Part shown: positions 20,525-30,273 of the stretch, one piece after another
Position numbering within the stretch: position 1 is the first letter of the stretch
Layout of the letters: each line of letters begins with the position of its first letter
IMG/VR virus record: IMGVR_UViG_3300008117_000025
Location: 64,001 to 128,000 of that record
Source of the DNA: a virus
Strand: one strand, 5' to 3'
Length of the DNA stretch: 64,000 nt
Program-made: the position numbers and the translations under genes
The notes under the pieces: model-generated
Told to the model about the DNA's origin: nothing
Databases searched by the model: none
What the model saw: only the letters and a program-made list of their open reading frames with translations

Positions 20525-20790
20525 GCTACGTATGTTGGTGATTTAGATGGGGATATATTAGGACGAGATATATCTTTTCCTGATTTATTTTTCAACATAT
20601 TTTGTTGCTTTTCTGTTTCTTCTTTTTGTTTTTCGTAATATTCTCTTAATTTTTCAAATGTAAATTTACGCAACCAAAGAGGCATATTATAAACAGTATC
20701 CCAATCATATCCACCATTACTATGAAATACTATTTCATGTATTTGGGAAAATAGTATAGGTCTATATTCCAGAATCAGGCCAAAAAAAGT
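20506..20790 (-). CDS. tail assembly chaperone C-terminal extension (GT-like), reached by frameshift or by its own ATG at 20685; not in the ORF track
   Basis: +1 frame relative to 20762..21505: TFFGLILEYRPILFSQIHEIVFHSNGGYDWDTVYNMPLWLRKFTFEKLREYYEKQ...APKK*. Confidence 0.75.
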   Translation of the reverse strand, partial: TFFGLILEYRPILFSQIHEIVFHSNGGYDWDTVYNMPLWLRKFTFEKLREYYEKQKEETEKQQNMLKNKSGKDISRPNISPSKSPTYVAKAPKK

Positions 20791-21505
20791 TAACAGATAT
20801 TGGAATATCTATGCCCTCCCCTACATAATCTACATCTTCTGGTATATATTTTAAATTAATGTCTGGGGATACTTTTGCATAGTATTGGCGTAGTGCTCTT
20901 GAATCTTTAGCGATTAAGTAATTATCAACAAAATCACGAATATCTTTAGCATCACGCTTACCTTCAACAGATGTAACCATATATTTTAAACGAGTTGTAA
21001 CATCAGTAGTTACATTTGGGTTAATTTTTTGCAACCCCTTAATTTCAGCTTCAATTTTTTGTTCATCACCATGTGTTAATAACTTAAAAGTAATATTGTT
21101 ACCAGAATGAGGTAGAGTGAAGGGAAATTCATTTATTCCGCGCTTATATAAAGATTCATCAATTATTTTATCTTCTAGCTTGGATAGATCAATAGTAATT
21201 TCTTTACCACCATAATTAATATTATAGTCTTTACCATAACCTAAAACACGAGCAGCAACTAATATTGCGTTTTTATCACCAATTAACAATTCGTTATAAT
21301 CAATTGGTGTAACAATTAATGATTGAAGTAATTTATCAATAACAATACCACTTTTAATGTAGTTTACATTGGTAAGGATATCTTCTTCCTTAGCTGTCAT
21401 ATACTTCATTTCAATTTCGCCTTTAGCAAGCGGTGAGGTCTCGGGGTACAATAAACCTTTTGAGGGTAATGTAACTGTTTCTGTTGGGATTTTTAATTCG
21501 GCCAT
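20762..21505 (-). CDS. tail assembly chaperone / baseplate hub assembly protein (T4 gp26-like)
   Basis: LPSKGLLY, MTAKEEDIL, FKLLT, ends NFFWPDSGI; between tail tube and tape measure. Confidence 0.78.
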   Translation of the reverse strand: MAELKIPTETVTLPSKGLLYPETSPLAKGEIEMKYMTAKEEDILTNVNYIKSGIVIDKLLQSLIVTPIDYNELLIGDKNAILVAARVLGYGKDYNINYGGKEITIDLSKLEDKIIDESLYKRGINEFPFTLPHSGNNITFKLLTHGDEQKIEAEIKGLQKINPNVTTDVTTRLKYMVTSVEGKRDAKDIRDFVDNYLIAKDSRALRQYYAKVSPDINLKYIPEDVDYVGEGIDIPISVNFFWPDSGI

Positions 21506-21547
21506 AAACTATTTTATTTGTGTATATATAAATATATGCAGAAAAAA

Positions 21548-21569
21548 GGTGTCTGCGAAAGCAGACACC
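21548..21569 (-). terminator. intrinsic terminator after tail tube gene
   Basis: Minus strand GGTGTCTGC-TTTC-GCAGACACC followed by TTTTTT. Confidence 0.88.
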
Positions 21570-21594
21570 AAAAGAAAAAAATATGAAGGATCTT

Positions 21595-22083
21595 TTAGAA
21601 GTTGAGTACACAGTAATCCATAGCGATTGTTAAGGATAAAGTAATTGCAGCATCACCCTGGCTCCAGTCATATTCTCCGAAAGTAGCTGTTTTGCAATAA
21701 GCACCTTTGATAATCCACTCACCTACTACATCACCTACTGGGCCTAGAATGTCTAGTGTTAAATCTTTCTTATAAAAGTCGGAATATCCATCACGGCCTG
21801 TTACTGATTCGTGTGCTAAACGAGCCCACTCCATTACTGCTTGTGCGCCTGATGGGGTTACGGGATCGTATAATTCTAAAGTCATATCATTCCATTCAAC
21901 TTTACCTTTTACTTTACGGTAAACGTTGATGTGATCGAGTTTAATCATATTGGCTTCAAATCCAGGAGCTGATGCCTTTTTAATTAAATATGATGGAATA
22001 CCATCAATGTACATTATGAACCTATTGGGAACTTTTGGTTCAAAAGCGGTGAACATTATTTCGTTAGCGTCTAATACTGCCAT
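21595..22083 (-). CDS. tail tube protein (T4 gp19-like)
   Basis: FEPKxxNRF, W(N)D(M)TL(E)LYD, EWIIKGAY; follows sheath. Confidence 0.88.
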   Translation of the reverse strand: MAVLDANEIMFTAFEPKVPNRFIMYIDGIPSYLIKKASAPGFEANMIKLDHINVYRKVKGKVEWNDMTLELYDPVTPSGAQAVMEWARLAHESVTGRDGYSDFYKKDLTLDILGPVGDVVGEWIIKGAYCKTATFGEYDWSQGDAAITLSLTIAMDYCVLNF

Positions 22084-22133
22084 TTTATTTTAATTTTTTA
22101 TTGCTATCAATAAATATTAGCAACTACATCCCC

Positions 22134-23843
22134 TTATGCAGGGAATGTAGCGCCGGTTGGTTGTACGTTAAAGTTCAAGATAATGAATTCAGCAGTCTTA
22201 GTTGGTTGGATGTAGATCTGGCCTACTAATTGGTTGCGATCAATTACATCAGGTGTATTATTGGAATCATCCATTACTACCTTGTAAGCATATAAACCTT
22301 GACGTTGTACTACTGATTCAAGGTATGGATTAACTTGAGATAAAAAGCGATTGCGAGTAACGTTAGTGTTTTGTTCAAATACTAAATTATTACCTACTTG
22401 ACCAATATAGTCTTTTAATGCAATCAACAAACGACGAACGTTTACACGGTCAAGAGCTGTTTGTTTTTTCTGCAATGTTTTCTGACCAAATACTACAACC
22501 CCTTCTCCAGGGAATGTAGCTAATGGGTTAACATTTGCTTCATATAATGTATCGCGATCGCTTTGAGATAATTTTCTTTCAGCACGTAATACTGAAGGAA
22601 CACCACCACGATTTAAACCGGCAGGTGCAAACCATTCAGCACCAACTTGGTCGTTGAATGCAAATACACCACCCATTACTGTTGGAGCGGGAGCCCATAC
22701 TGCTTTACCTAAACCTGAGCTGAATAATTGAACCCAGGGATAGTAAGTAGCTGCGTAGTTGCTTGGTTGGCCAGCAGCAGCATTAGCAGCAGCTGAAATT
22801 GAAGTACCATAAACACCGGTTCCTACAATTGCAATTGCATCACCACGTCCTTCAGCTGTTGAGATTAATTGTGAAGCAGCGCTACAATCTAAACCAACAC
22901 CAGGAGCAAGCAATACATTAAATTGGTATTCATCCTTATTAGTTAAAATACCAAAAGCAGTAACATAATCAGCCGGAGCAAATCCTTGAATATTAGTTGT
23001 AGTAATATTTTCGTTCATAAGTTGAACAGTAGCTGTTGCTGCAACAGCACCCCCAAATGAACCACTTCCTAGAGCTGGTAGGCTACCACTGTATTGGGTT
23101 GCTTTAAAATTACCGTTATTGTCAATAGAATCTACTTGTGGTTTAGATATAGATTTAACACGAATGTATTGAGAAGCATTTGCGTAAGAACCAACGTAAT
23201 TGATGATATTGTTTGTAGCATCATATACTGGTTTTGAATCGCCTATTACACGAGAAATGTAGTTAGGTAACATTGGATCTAATGATAAGTTAGCCCAAGT
23301 TTCTAGATAATTCCTTTGAGCATTATTATCATTACCAGCACGAACTGCTAAAGTAAAGGTACCGCTTCCAGTATTTACATTTGTAACTTCCCAACGAACA
23401 TTCATTGCACTACCACTAGGTAAGGCACCACCAACTTCAGTACCACCAGCACTGTTCATTTGATTGCCCCAAGCTAATGTTTCAAGTACAAATGAATTAT
23501 CAATAGAATCATCATCAATATCAGCTACTGAAGAACTTGCATAAGTACTAAGATTAGCACTGCCACTAATAATTCTGGTAACTAATAATGTCTGACCGCC
23601 ATTTTGGAAGAAATCCTTAGCGGCTAAAGAAGTTAAATATTCATAGTAGTAACTACCACTTTTGAATGTTTCTCCGAATTTGGATACATATTCACTATAA
23701 GAAGTAACATAGGTAGGAACAAATGGTTGACCCATTACGGTTGGACCAACAACAGCGGTTGCTGCACCTACGATACCTCTTTGAACCAATGATTGATCTG
23801 ATTCATTTTGGAATACGCCAGGAGATAAGATTTTTTCTGCCAT
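22134..23843 (-). CDS. tail sheath protein (T4 gp18-like)
   Basis: SPGVF, GPTVMG, WFAPAGLNRGG, NVRRLLI, FEQN, PTKTAEFIILNF. Confidence 0.95.
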   Translation of the reverse strand: MAEKILSPGVFQNESDQSLVQRGIVGAATAVVGPTVMGQPFVPTYVTSYSEYVSKFGETFKSGSYYYEYLTSLAAKDFFQNGGQTLLVTRIISGSANLSTYASSSVADIDDDSIDNSFVLETLAWGNQMNSAGGTEVGGALPSGSAMNVRWEVTNVNTGSGTFTLAVRAGNDNNAQRNYLETWANLSLDPMLPNYISRVIGDSKPVYDATNNIINYVGSYANASQYIRVKSISKPQVDSIDNNGNFKATQYSGSLPALGSGSFGGAVAATATVQLMNENITTTNIQGFAPADYVTAFGILTNKDEYQFNVLLAPGVGLDCSAASQLISTAEGRGDAIAIVGTGVYGTSISAAANAAAGQPSNYAATYYPWVQLFSSGLGKAVWAPAPTVMGGVFAFNDQVGAEWFAPAGLNRGGVPSVLRAERKLSQSDRDTLYEANVNPLATFPGEGVVVFGQKTLQKKQTALDRVNVRRLLIALKDYIGQVGNNLVFEQNTNVTRNRFLSQVNPYLESVVQRQGLYAYKVVMDDSNNTPDVIDRNQLVGQIYIQPTKTAEFIILNFNVQPTGATFPA

Positions 23844-23919
23844 TTTGTATAATTGTTTTTGAAAATTTTAATAGGATTGACCTAATAATAAATATCCAAA
23901 AATCACTATAAAACGCAGA

Positions 23920-24189
23920 TTACTGTTGAATAGGCGTGATTTCTCCCGTTTCGGGATTAATAGAACCCGTTCCGTATTTATCCTGAAGGGATTTAATTAG
24001 GTCGTTTTCTTTTTGTTCAATTGTAGCAAGATCACTTAGCAATGTTTTTTTATTGCTTTCAAGTTTTTCGGCTTGCTCTACCAATGCTAAACGCTGCGCT
24101 TCAGCTACACCAATTTCGAATAGTGTTTGGTTGTACTTAGACTGGAGGTCTTTAATTGATTGTAATTCTTCTTGTGTTAGTTGTGTCAT
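23920..24189 (-). CDS. small coiled-coil protein, paralog of 24413..24667
   Basis: Ends KYGTGSINPETGEITP. Confidence 0.75.
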   Translation of the reverse strand: MTQLTQEELQSIKDLQSKYNQTLFEIGVAEAQRLALVEQAEKLESNKKTLLSDLATIEQKENDLIKSLQDKYGTGSINPETGEITPIQQ

Positions 24190-24195
24190 AACGTT

Positions 24196-24429
24196 TTATT
24201 TCTCCCATTTAGCTAATGGGCAAGCTTGAGGACCTGGTTTAGGGGAAAATACTTTTTTACTTAGTGGACAACCACATTGACCACAAATAAATGAATTAAT
24301 TGCAGTAATGTAAGTTTTTTTCTCACATGAATCACAAACAGTAGCACGATATTCGGCCACTGCTTGTTGTTCAGGTGTTGGGTTAGTAGCAGTAACCCAC
24401 GATTTAAATATTTCAGATATTTTGTTCAT
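24196..24429 (-). CDS. small Cys-rich putative Zn-binding protein (start likely MNKIS at 24429)
   Basis: CxxC...CxxCxC...CPxxKW. Confidence 0.7.
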   Translation of the reverse strand: MNKISEIFKSWVTATNPTPEQQAVAEYRATVCDSCEKKTYITAINSFICGQCGCPLSKKVFSPKPGPQACPLAKWEK

Positions 24430-24667
24430 CGGTATTAAAAGGAATAATTTCACCTGTATTTAAATCAAGACTACCATCACCATATTTAATAGAAAGTTTA
24501 TTATAATATTCCTGCTCTTGATTAGCAACATTTTTAAAAGAAGCAAGTAATGTTTCTTTTTCAATGCGATTTTTACCTAAAGCAAAAGTAATATTATCTT
24601 TTTGAGCCTTAAATGATTTAATCTGAAGTAATTCTTCTTCAGCAATAAACTTAGATTCGTCACTCAT
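24413..24667 (-). CDS. small coiled-coil protein, paralog of 23920..24189
   Basis: Ends KYGDGSLDLNTGEIIP. Confidence 0.75.
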   Translation of the reverse strand: MSDESKFIAEEELLQIKSFKAQKDNITFALGKNRIEKETLLASFKNVANQEQEYYNKLSIKYGDGSLDLNTGEIIPFNTDEQNI

Positions 24668-24969
24668 TATTTGGTCTTTTTAGAAGATTTTTTATTAGAT
24701 GTTTTTGCAGATTGCTTTGCAGGTTGTTGAACTGGTTGTTTTTTAGTTAAAACCTTTTTTTTAGCTTCTTTTAAAGTAGCAAGTTCTTCATCTGATGCAA
24801 TAGGTTCAACTGGTACTAATACTGGTGTTTCAGCTAGAACAACTGTTGGACGATCAGCGCCGTTGTCAGATACAACATCTTGTGGTGGGAATGAAGATTT
24901 CTTTTTGCTGTTTAAAATAACTGCAGCTACAATACCAGCTACAATAAGTACAATGATAAGTAATGTCAT
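24667..24969 (-). CDS. N-terminally membrane-anchored protein with basic tail
   Basis: TM helix LLIIVLIVAGIVAAVIL; Lys-rich C-terminus. Confidence 0.7.
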   Translation of the reverse strand: MTLLIIVLIVAGIVAAVILNSKKKSSFPPQDVVSDNGADRPTVVLAETPVLVPVEPIASDEELATLKEAKKKVLTKKQPVQQPAKQSAKTSNKKSSKKTK

Positions 24970-24991
24970 AAAATTGTTTTTGTTTCGTATA

Positions 24992-25023
24992 TAAATATAT
25001 AATAAGATTATGAGACAACCAAA
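24992..25023 (-). promoter_or_regulatory. Bacteroidota sigma70-like promoter (TTTG-N20-TATATTTA) for 24969 and downstream genes
   Basis: Minus strand TTTG GTTGTCTCATAATCTTATTA TATATTTA. Confidence 0.65.
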
Positions 25024-27104
25024 ATTTTCTCTAAGGTTTTTATTACTCTATCTGAAGATATTTCTTTAGAACATTCAAATTGGTGTTGTGTTCCTTTATG
25101 TACGGGGCACCAATTCCAATCACCTGCATCTAGCCTATGTGAGTTGAAACAACCCCTACATTTACCTAAAGGTGCATCAATGTGGTAACAACTAGTAGGT
25201 TCAGTATATTCTTCAGTAAAGCCAGATACTATTATTGTAGGTGTATCTGTAGCCCATGATAGCCAACTTAATCCACTGCTAATTCCTATAAATGCTTCAG
25301 ATTCATTAAGTACTTTTACAGTTGATTCCATATCAAATGAGTCAGGATACTTAATTCCAGTTGGGTTTTTATTTCCCATATATCCGTTTTCTTCTCTAGA
25401 TAACATTACTACTTCATATCCTTGATCTTTACACCAATCAACTACTTCTTGCCACCCTGTTGGATTATTCCAATATTTAGCTTGTGCTGTACTGTGAACA
25501 GCAATAGCAATTTGTTTTTTCTTTGCAACTAATGGCTTTTTTAATTTTGGTTTTACTTCTATAAAATCTAATCCTAGAATATCAGATGCTGTTTTCTGAA
25601 GGTTTTGTTGTTTAATGTCAAAAGGATTTTTATTAAAGTCAACATTATCATCACTATTGTAAAACCACCCTATAACATACATTGCGTATAAATTGTAAAC
25701 TGTATCTCCCGGTTTAACAAATTCAATTTCTGGGTATTGTGATTGGAAGAAATAATTATGAAATGTAGAGCAAATAACTTTACATTTGTGTTTTTTTCTA
25801 AATTCTTCAACATATGGAAACCAAGCTAAAGTATCACCCAATGATTTAGAATCTAAAGCAATATATACTCTTTTATCTTTAAGATCTAAATCATGTTGAT
25901 ATAATAAATTACCATTCTCATCTTCAATCTTTATTCTCCAATCTATATAATATTGTTTACTTGTTCTAACCCAACAATTACTTTCTATTTCTTGAGAATA
26001 TTCTACTGTGTTTGTTTTTTTATTAATAAAGCTTACTTTATGTTTTTTATAAGGTGAGTCTAACACTTCAGCAAAAGGACCATTAATAAAATTAATATTA
26101 AATTTAGGAATGTTTACTTTTGAAGGTATTCCTAGTTTTTTTGTTGATTTATAAATAGATATTAATTGATCTTTCATATTTATTTTATTGTCTTCATATT
26201 TTTTTAATAAATCTTTTGTTCTATTTTTCCAAGATAAATCTAATGCCTGTTGTCTTGCCCTAGATGAATATAATGTATGTGAATTAAATTTAATTTTATT
26301 AAAAGCATCAACAATTTCATCTACATCTCGATTTACAGCTATCATTCCCTTTAGTAAGTTATTATCCTCAAAAGTTCCAATAACAGGTAAGCCAGAAGCT
26401 AACGCTTCTAATAATGTTAAATTAGGATGTCCAGCCTCTAATATAGAAGCATGGATAAATACACTATGTTCTTTGTATATATTTTTTAATTGTTCTTCAT
26501 TAAGATCATATAAAATAGTTAATTTATCATAATCTGAAGGGAAGGTATCAAAATAGTTTTTATTATTACTTGGTCCGGCTATTGTAATAGGTAAATCTAG
26601 TTGTTTTGCTGCTTCAATAGCATATCCAAATCCTTTTCTGTCTTCGGCTTGATTATGAATAAATCCATTATTTGCTACACATAATAATTTGTGTTCTTTA
26701 AATTCTCCCGGAGTAAAATAGTCTGTATTTACTCCATGTGAAAAATATTCAGGTATTCCTTCAAAGTAATCAACTAAAAATTTAGCAGGCACAAAGGCTT
26801 TTTTAGCATTCTTGATTGCTTGTAAATTTTCTTTATAGGCAGTAGAATCTTTTCCATATAAAAAGGCATGATGGTCATGCATAGTAAAATAATATGGTAT
26901 TCCACGTTCATGTGCTAAATTAGCTAAATTAGCAACATGAATATGTACTACATCATAATCTTTTACATCATCTAAATATAATATTTGTGAATCATGTCCT
27001 AATTCTAATAGGGCATTGTGTGTCTCCCATATAATTTTTTCTACGGCTCCCCATCCATTTGGGGGAATAGGAATTAAACCAGGCGTAACATTAATTATTT
27101 TCAT
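25008..27104 (-). CDS. GT4 glycosyltransferase fused to an Aah/TibC-like (autotransporter) O-heptosyltransferase
   Basis: N-terminal GWGAVEK, KGF, EAGHPNLTLLEALASGLPV (GT4); C-terminal SLGDTLAWFPYVEEF, FIGISSGLSWLSW and CRGCFN...CPVH...FECS metal-binding Cys set. Confidence 0.82.
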   Translation of the reverse strand: MKIINVTPGLIPIPPNGWGAVEKIIWETHNALLELGHDSQILYLDDVKDYDVVHIHVANLANLAHERGIPYYFTMHDHHAFLYGKDSTAYKENLQAIKNAKKAFVPAKFLVDYFEGIPEYFSHGVNTDYFTPGEFKEHKLLCVANNGFIHNQAEDRKGFGYAIEAAKQLDLPITIAGPSNNKNYFDTFPSDYDKLTILYDLNEEQLKNIYKEHSVFIHASILEAGHPNLTLLEALASGLPVIGTFEDNNLLKGMIAVNRDVDEIVDAFNKIKFNSHTLYSSRARQQALDLSWKNRTKDLLKKYEDNKINMKDQLISIYKSTKKLGIPSKVNIPKFNINFINGPFAEVLDSPYKKHKVSFINKKTNTVEYSQEIESNCWVRTSKQYYIDWRIKIEDENGNLLYQHDLDLKDKRVYIALDSKSLGDTLAWFPYVEEFRKKHKCKVICSTFHNYFFQSQYPEIEFVKPGDTVYNLYAMYVIGWFYNSDDNVDFNKNPFDIKQQNLQKTASDILGLDFIEVKPKLKKPLVAKKKQIAIAVHSTAQAKYWNNPTGWQEVVDWCKDQGYEVVMLSREENGYMGNKNPTGIKYPDSFDMESTVKVLNESEAFIGISSGLSWLSWATDTPTIIVSGFTEEYTEPTSCYHIDAPLGKCRGCFNSHRLDAGDWNWCPVHKGTQHQFECSKEISSDRVIKTLEKILVVS

Positions 27105-28201
27105 TTTATTATATTAATAATTGATTGATAAGCTGCAAAATAATAACATTGATAATATTGAGGTATTCTAGATAATAATATATTAGTATATGGATTTTCG
27201 GCTTGGTTCCAAATTACAAGTTGGCATTTTTTTATGTTGTATTGCCTATCAGTATTTAAAAAATAATCTAGATCAGATTCATCTCTTAATACACAAACTA
27301 ATGCATCCTCATCTCCATCTATTTTATTTATATTTAATTCATGATCAAAAAATAATTCTTTAAGTAATGAATATTTTTTAAAATCTAATTGTCTATCTAA
27401 GTAAACTATTTTTTGTTGAGTATTTACATTATTTAAATGATGATCCATTAAACATAAAGATTCTTTATGAATAGGTTCAAAATATCTATTAAATGTATCT
27501 ATATCTTTATTAATACGCCTATTATTAACTTTTTTTATTAATTCACTACCTTCATCTACAGATTCATTTGCATAGAAGGTATGAGATATAGAATTTTCTC
27601 TATAGTTATAATAATATAAGTTTCTAGGGAGATGAAGTATTTTACCTTGTTCCTCTAAAGTACACAATATAGCTAAATCATTATAATAATATTTCATCCA
27701 ACCATTTGGATTAAAATCATAATCTATATTTGGGTTATTTCTCCATGCTCTTAAATAAGTTAAATAACCACAAGTCATATTTTTTTGGTCTGTAAAATCG
27801 GGATTGTGAAAATTCATCCAGTTTCCATCTTCTCTAAATGCGTTTCCAGCACCAGCAATTGCTATTGTATCTGGAAATTTGGTGAAGAAGTGATGGTATA
27901 CTTCTAATGCTTTAGGTAGAGGATAATCATCTTGATCTGCTTGTATTATTATTTCTGCTTCTTTGCAAAAATTTTGTGGGTTATAAAACATTTCTTTTTT
28001 GAAAGATTGTTCTACATACTTTACCTTTCTATCCCTACTAGAAATATATGATAAAATTTCTTTAGCATCTTCCGCATCAGATGAAAAATCGTCAGTAACT
28101 ATCCATTCCCAATTTGTATATGTTTGGGATTTTATTTTCTCATATAGTCTAGAAATAAAATGAGAACCATTATAAAAACTAGTAATTATAGTAAATTTCA
28201 T
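27101..28201 (-). CDS. GT2 (GT-A fold) glycosyltransferase
   Basis: IITSFYN, WEWIVTDDFSSD, ADQDD, YYYNYRENSIS. Confidence 0.85.
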   Translation of the reverse strand: MKFTIITSFYNGSHFISRLYEKIKSQTYTNWEWIVTDDFSSDAEDAKEILSYISSRDRKVKYVEQSFKKEMFYNPQNFCKEAEIIIQADQDDYPLPKALEVYHHFFTKFPDTIAIAGAGNAFREDGNWMNFHNPDFTDQKNMTCGYLTYLRAWRNNPNIDYDFNPNGWMKYYYNDLAILCTLEEQGKILHLPRNLYYYNYRENSISHTFYANESVDEGSELIKKVNNRRINKDIDTFNRYFEPIHKESLCLMDHHLNNVNTQQKIVYLDRQLDFKKYSLLKELFFDHELNINKIDGDEDALVCVLRDESDLDYFLNTDRQYNIKKCQLVIWNQAENPYTNILLSRIPQYYQCYYFAAYQSIINIIK

Positions 28202-28202
28202 A

Positions 28203-29186
28203 TTATTTAAATTCTACAAAGCTATTGCTATTAATTATTTGATCTTTTGTATATGTTATAACAGTATTTCCTAATCTTATAGTAAGATGGTTATTTGATT
28301 GTAAATGAGAAGGGAGTGGATTGGATTCATATTGACTTAGTAAATTTATAGTATCAATAAATTCATCATTTATATATAAATCTGCATATTGATTTTCATG
28401 AACAATATCAATACTATTCATATAAAAATAAGCAAAATCTGATGTGTTTTTTATTTTTAATAATTTAATATCAAGCTGATTGTTATCATCTTTAAGTCTG
28501 TTAATGTTTATTTTACTATTGGTAAAATAGTCATAGACTTGAGTTCCTTGTATTAATAGAGCATTATCTAAATAATTGTTTTGTTTTAAATTACAATAAA
28601 AGAAATTCTCTAATACTCCAAAACTTCCGATTTGACCACATAAATTTTGATAATCACCTACTGTTTTACATATAGGAAAAACCTTATTGAAAAAATCTAC
28701 TTTAGTGTAGAAAAATATTGTTTGTATACAATTATCAATTAAAAAGAAAAATGCTTCTTTATTGTTTTTTATTGTTTCTAATTTGGTATTTTTTAGTTGT
28801 TCTATGTCTTCTTTAGAAAATATAGAATCCCCTTCTACATAATAAAATCCATCATAATAATCTTTAATAAACGAAACTGCGCTCATCATAGATTTATATA
28901 TAGCGTATGAGTGATGATTATGGCCATTTTCACCATAATGATATTCTAAATAAAATTTAGGAGTATGAACGTAAAAATAAACATTTTCATTTATAAAAAA
29001 CTCATTTCTAATATCGTAAATATAATAATTTACTAATGATTGTATTTCTATATCTGCAGGATAATGAGTTACAAGTAATATATCAAAATGTTGATTTAAA
29101 CTTAATATTGTATCTTTTAATATTTGTTTTCTACTATCAGTAGAAGGATATCCACCTATAACAACAAGATCTCTATTATTTGACAT
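28203..29186 (-). CDS. hypothetical protein, possible GT-A-like; paralog of 29190..30269
   Basis: ILLVTH...YYIYD...YVEGDS; located in the GT island. Confidence 0.6.
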   Translation of the reverse strand: MSNNRDLVVIGGYPSTDSRKQILKDTILSLNQHFDILLVTHYPADIEIQSLVNYYIYDIRNEFFINENVYFYVHTPKFYLEYHYGENGHNHHSYAIYKSMMSAVSFIKDYYDGFYYVEGDSIFSKEDIEQLKNTKLETIKNNKEAFFFLIDNCIQTIFFYTKVDFFNKVFPICKTVGDYQNLCGQIGSFGVLENFFYCNLKQNNYLDNALLIQGTQVYDYFTNSKININRLKDDNNQLDIKLLKIKNTSDFAYFYMNSIDIVHENQYADLYINDEFIDTINLLSQYESNPLPSHLQSNNHLTIRLGNTVITYTKDQIINSNSFVEFK

Positions 29187-29189
29187 AAT

Positions 29190-30269
29190 TTAATTTAAAA
29201 CAAGTATGTTATTTATTAAATGTATATTATCTTTATTAATAATTACAGATCTAGTTTGATGATCATTCATAGTAATTTGTACTTCTACATTTTCTTCTGT
29301 TAAATCAAACGTTTCTACATAATTATCATTACTACTATATAAGTTATGTTCTATAATTTGTGGTTCTTGATTATTTCTTAGTATTTTAACAATAGATTTA
29401 TTATTATTTTCTGAACTACAATTCCATGTTATTATAGCAAATTTAGTATTGTCTGTAGGGGTATATTGTGGATCAACTCCTTCAACCGTATATCCTACTC
29501 TATGAATAGATGATATAAATCCATCTATTATCAGATCAGATTCTGAGGGGGATATAAGGGTATTCCAGGAAGAATCAGGGAAATCATCAAATATTATATT
29601 TGCTTGTTTATTTACTACATTATCAAACCCTCCTTCTGAGGATCTAACTATATTAAGAACAAACTCTTCAGCAATCATGAAATTTTCATCACTATTGAAA
29701 TTTCGTTTTGCTATAATATAATCATCTTCATTGTTTATTTTGGGGAAAATTTCAGTAAAATAATCTAAAGCAAAATACCAGAATTGGAAACAAATATATT
29801 TGTTTTGGTTTATATAGATGTATCCCTTTTTATTTTGTTCTTGGGTTTCAGCTATAATATTTTTAACATTTTCTATACTAGGAACTGTACAGTCATATTC
29901 TATTCTAAAAAAATGGGTATAACCTAAAGATAAGGCTAAATTAGTAGAATGATATAAATTAGACAAAACAGACAAACCATGTTTTTGAAATGCTTTAATT
30001 GCTATTGAAAAATATTTGTGGTTATCTCTATACCACATAGCAATAGTTTCTACATCTGAATAGTCTTTTTTAAATAGTCTGTTATTGTGATCGTATAGAA
30101 GATAATCTACTTCATCAATTAATGCTTGTTCAAATTTACTGTTTGTCACCAACATTATGGGGAGACCAGTTTTTTTAATAGAAGATAAATAATTTTTAAA
30201 AGTTCTTACACAATTGTCATTGTGAAAAAAAGCATCTACTATTATAATAGGTTTTATTTCTGGAGGCAT
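29190..30269 (-). CDS. hypothetical protein, possible GT-A-like; paralog of 28203..29186
   Basis: IMLVTN...YLLYD...RIEYDC; located in the GT island. Confidence 0.6.
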   Translation of the reverse strand: MPPEIKPIIIVDAFFHNDNCVRTFKNYLSSIKKTGLPIMLVTNSKFEQALIDEVDYLLYDHNNRLFKKDYSDVETIAMWYRDNHKYFSIAIKAFQKHGLSVLSNLYHSTNLALSLGYTHFFRIEYDCTVPSIENVKNIIAETQEQNKKGYIYINQNKYICFQFWYFALDYFTEIFPKINNEDDYIIAKRNFNSDENFMIAEEFVLNIVRSSEGGFDNVVNKQANIIFDDFPDSSWNTLISPSESDLIIDGFISSIHRVGYTVEGVDPQYTPTDNTKFAIITWNCSSENNNKSIVKILRNNQEPQIIEHNLYSSNDNYVETFDLTEENVEVQITMNDHQTRSVIINKDNIHLINNILVLN

Positions 30270-30273
30270 AGTG

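Noticed and set aside
17552-20764. TAG stop-codon reassignment as seen in some Bacteroidota phages
   Set aside because: Long genes are intact under code 11; TAG readthrough at 17552 gives nonsense, and the rescuing frames at 17560 and 20785 are shifted rather than read through
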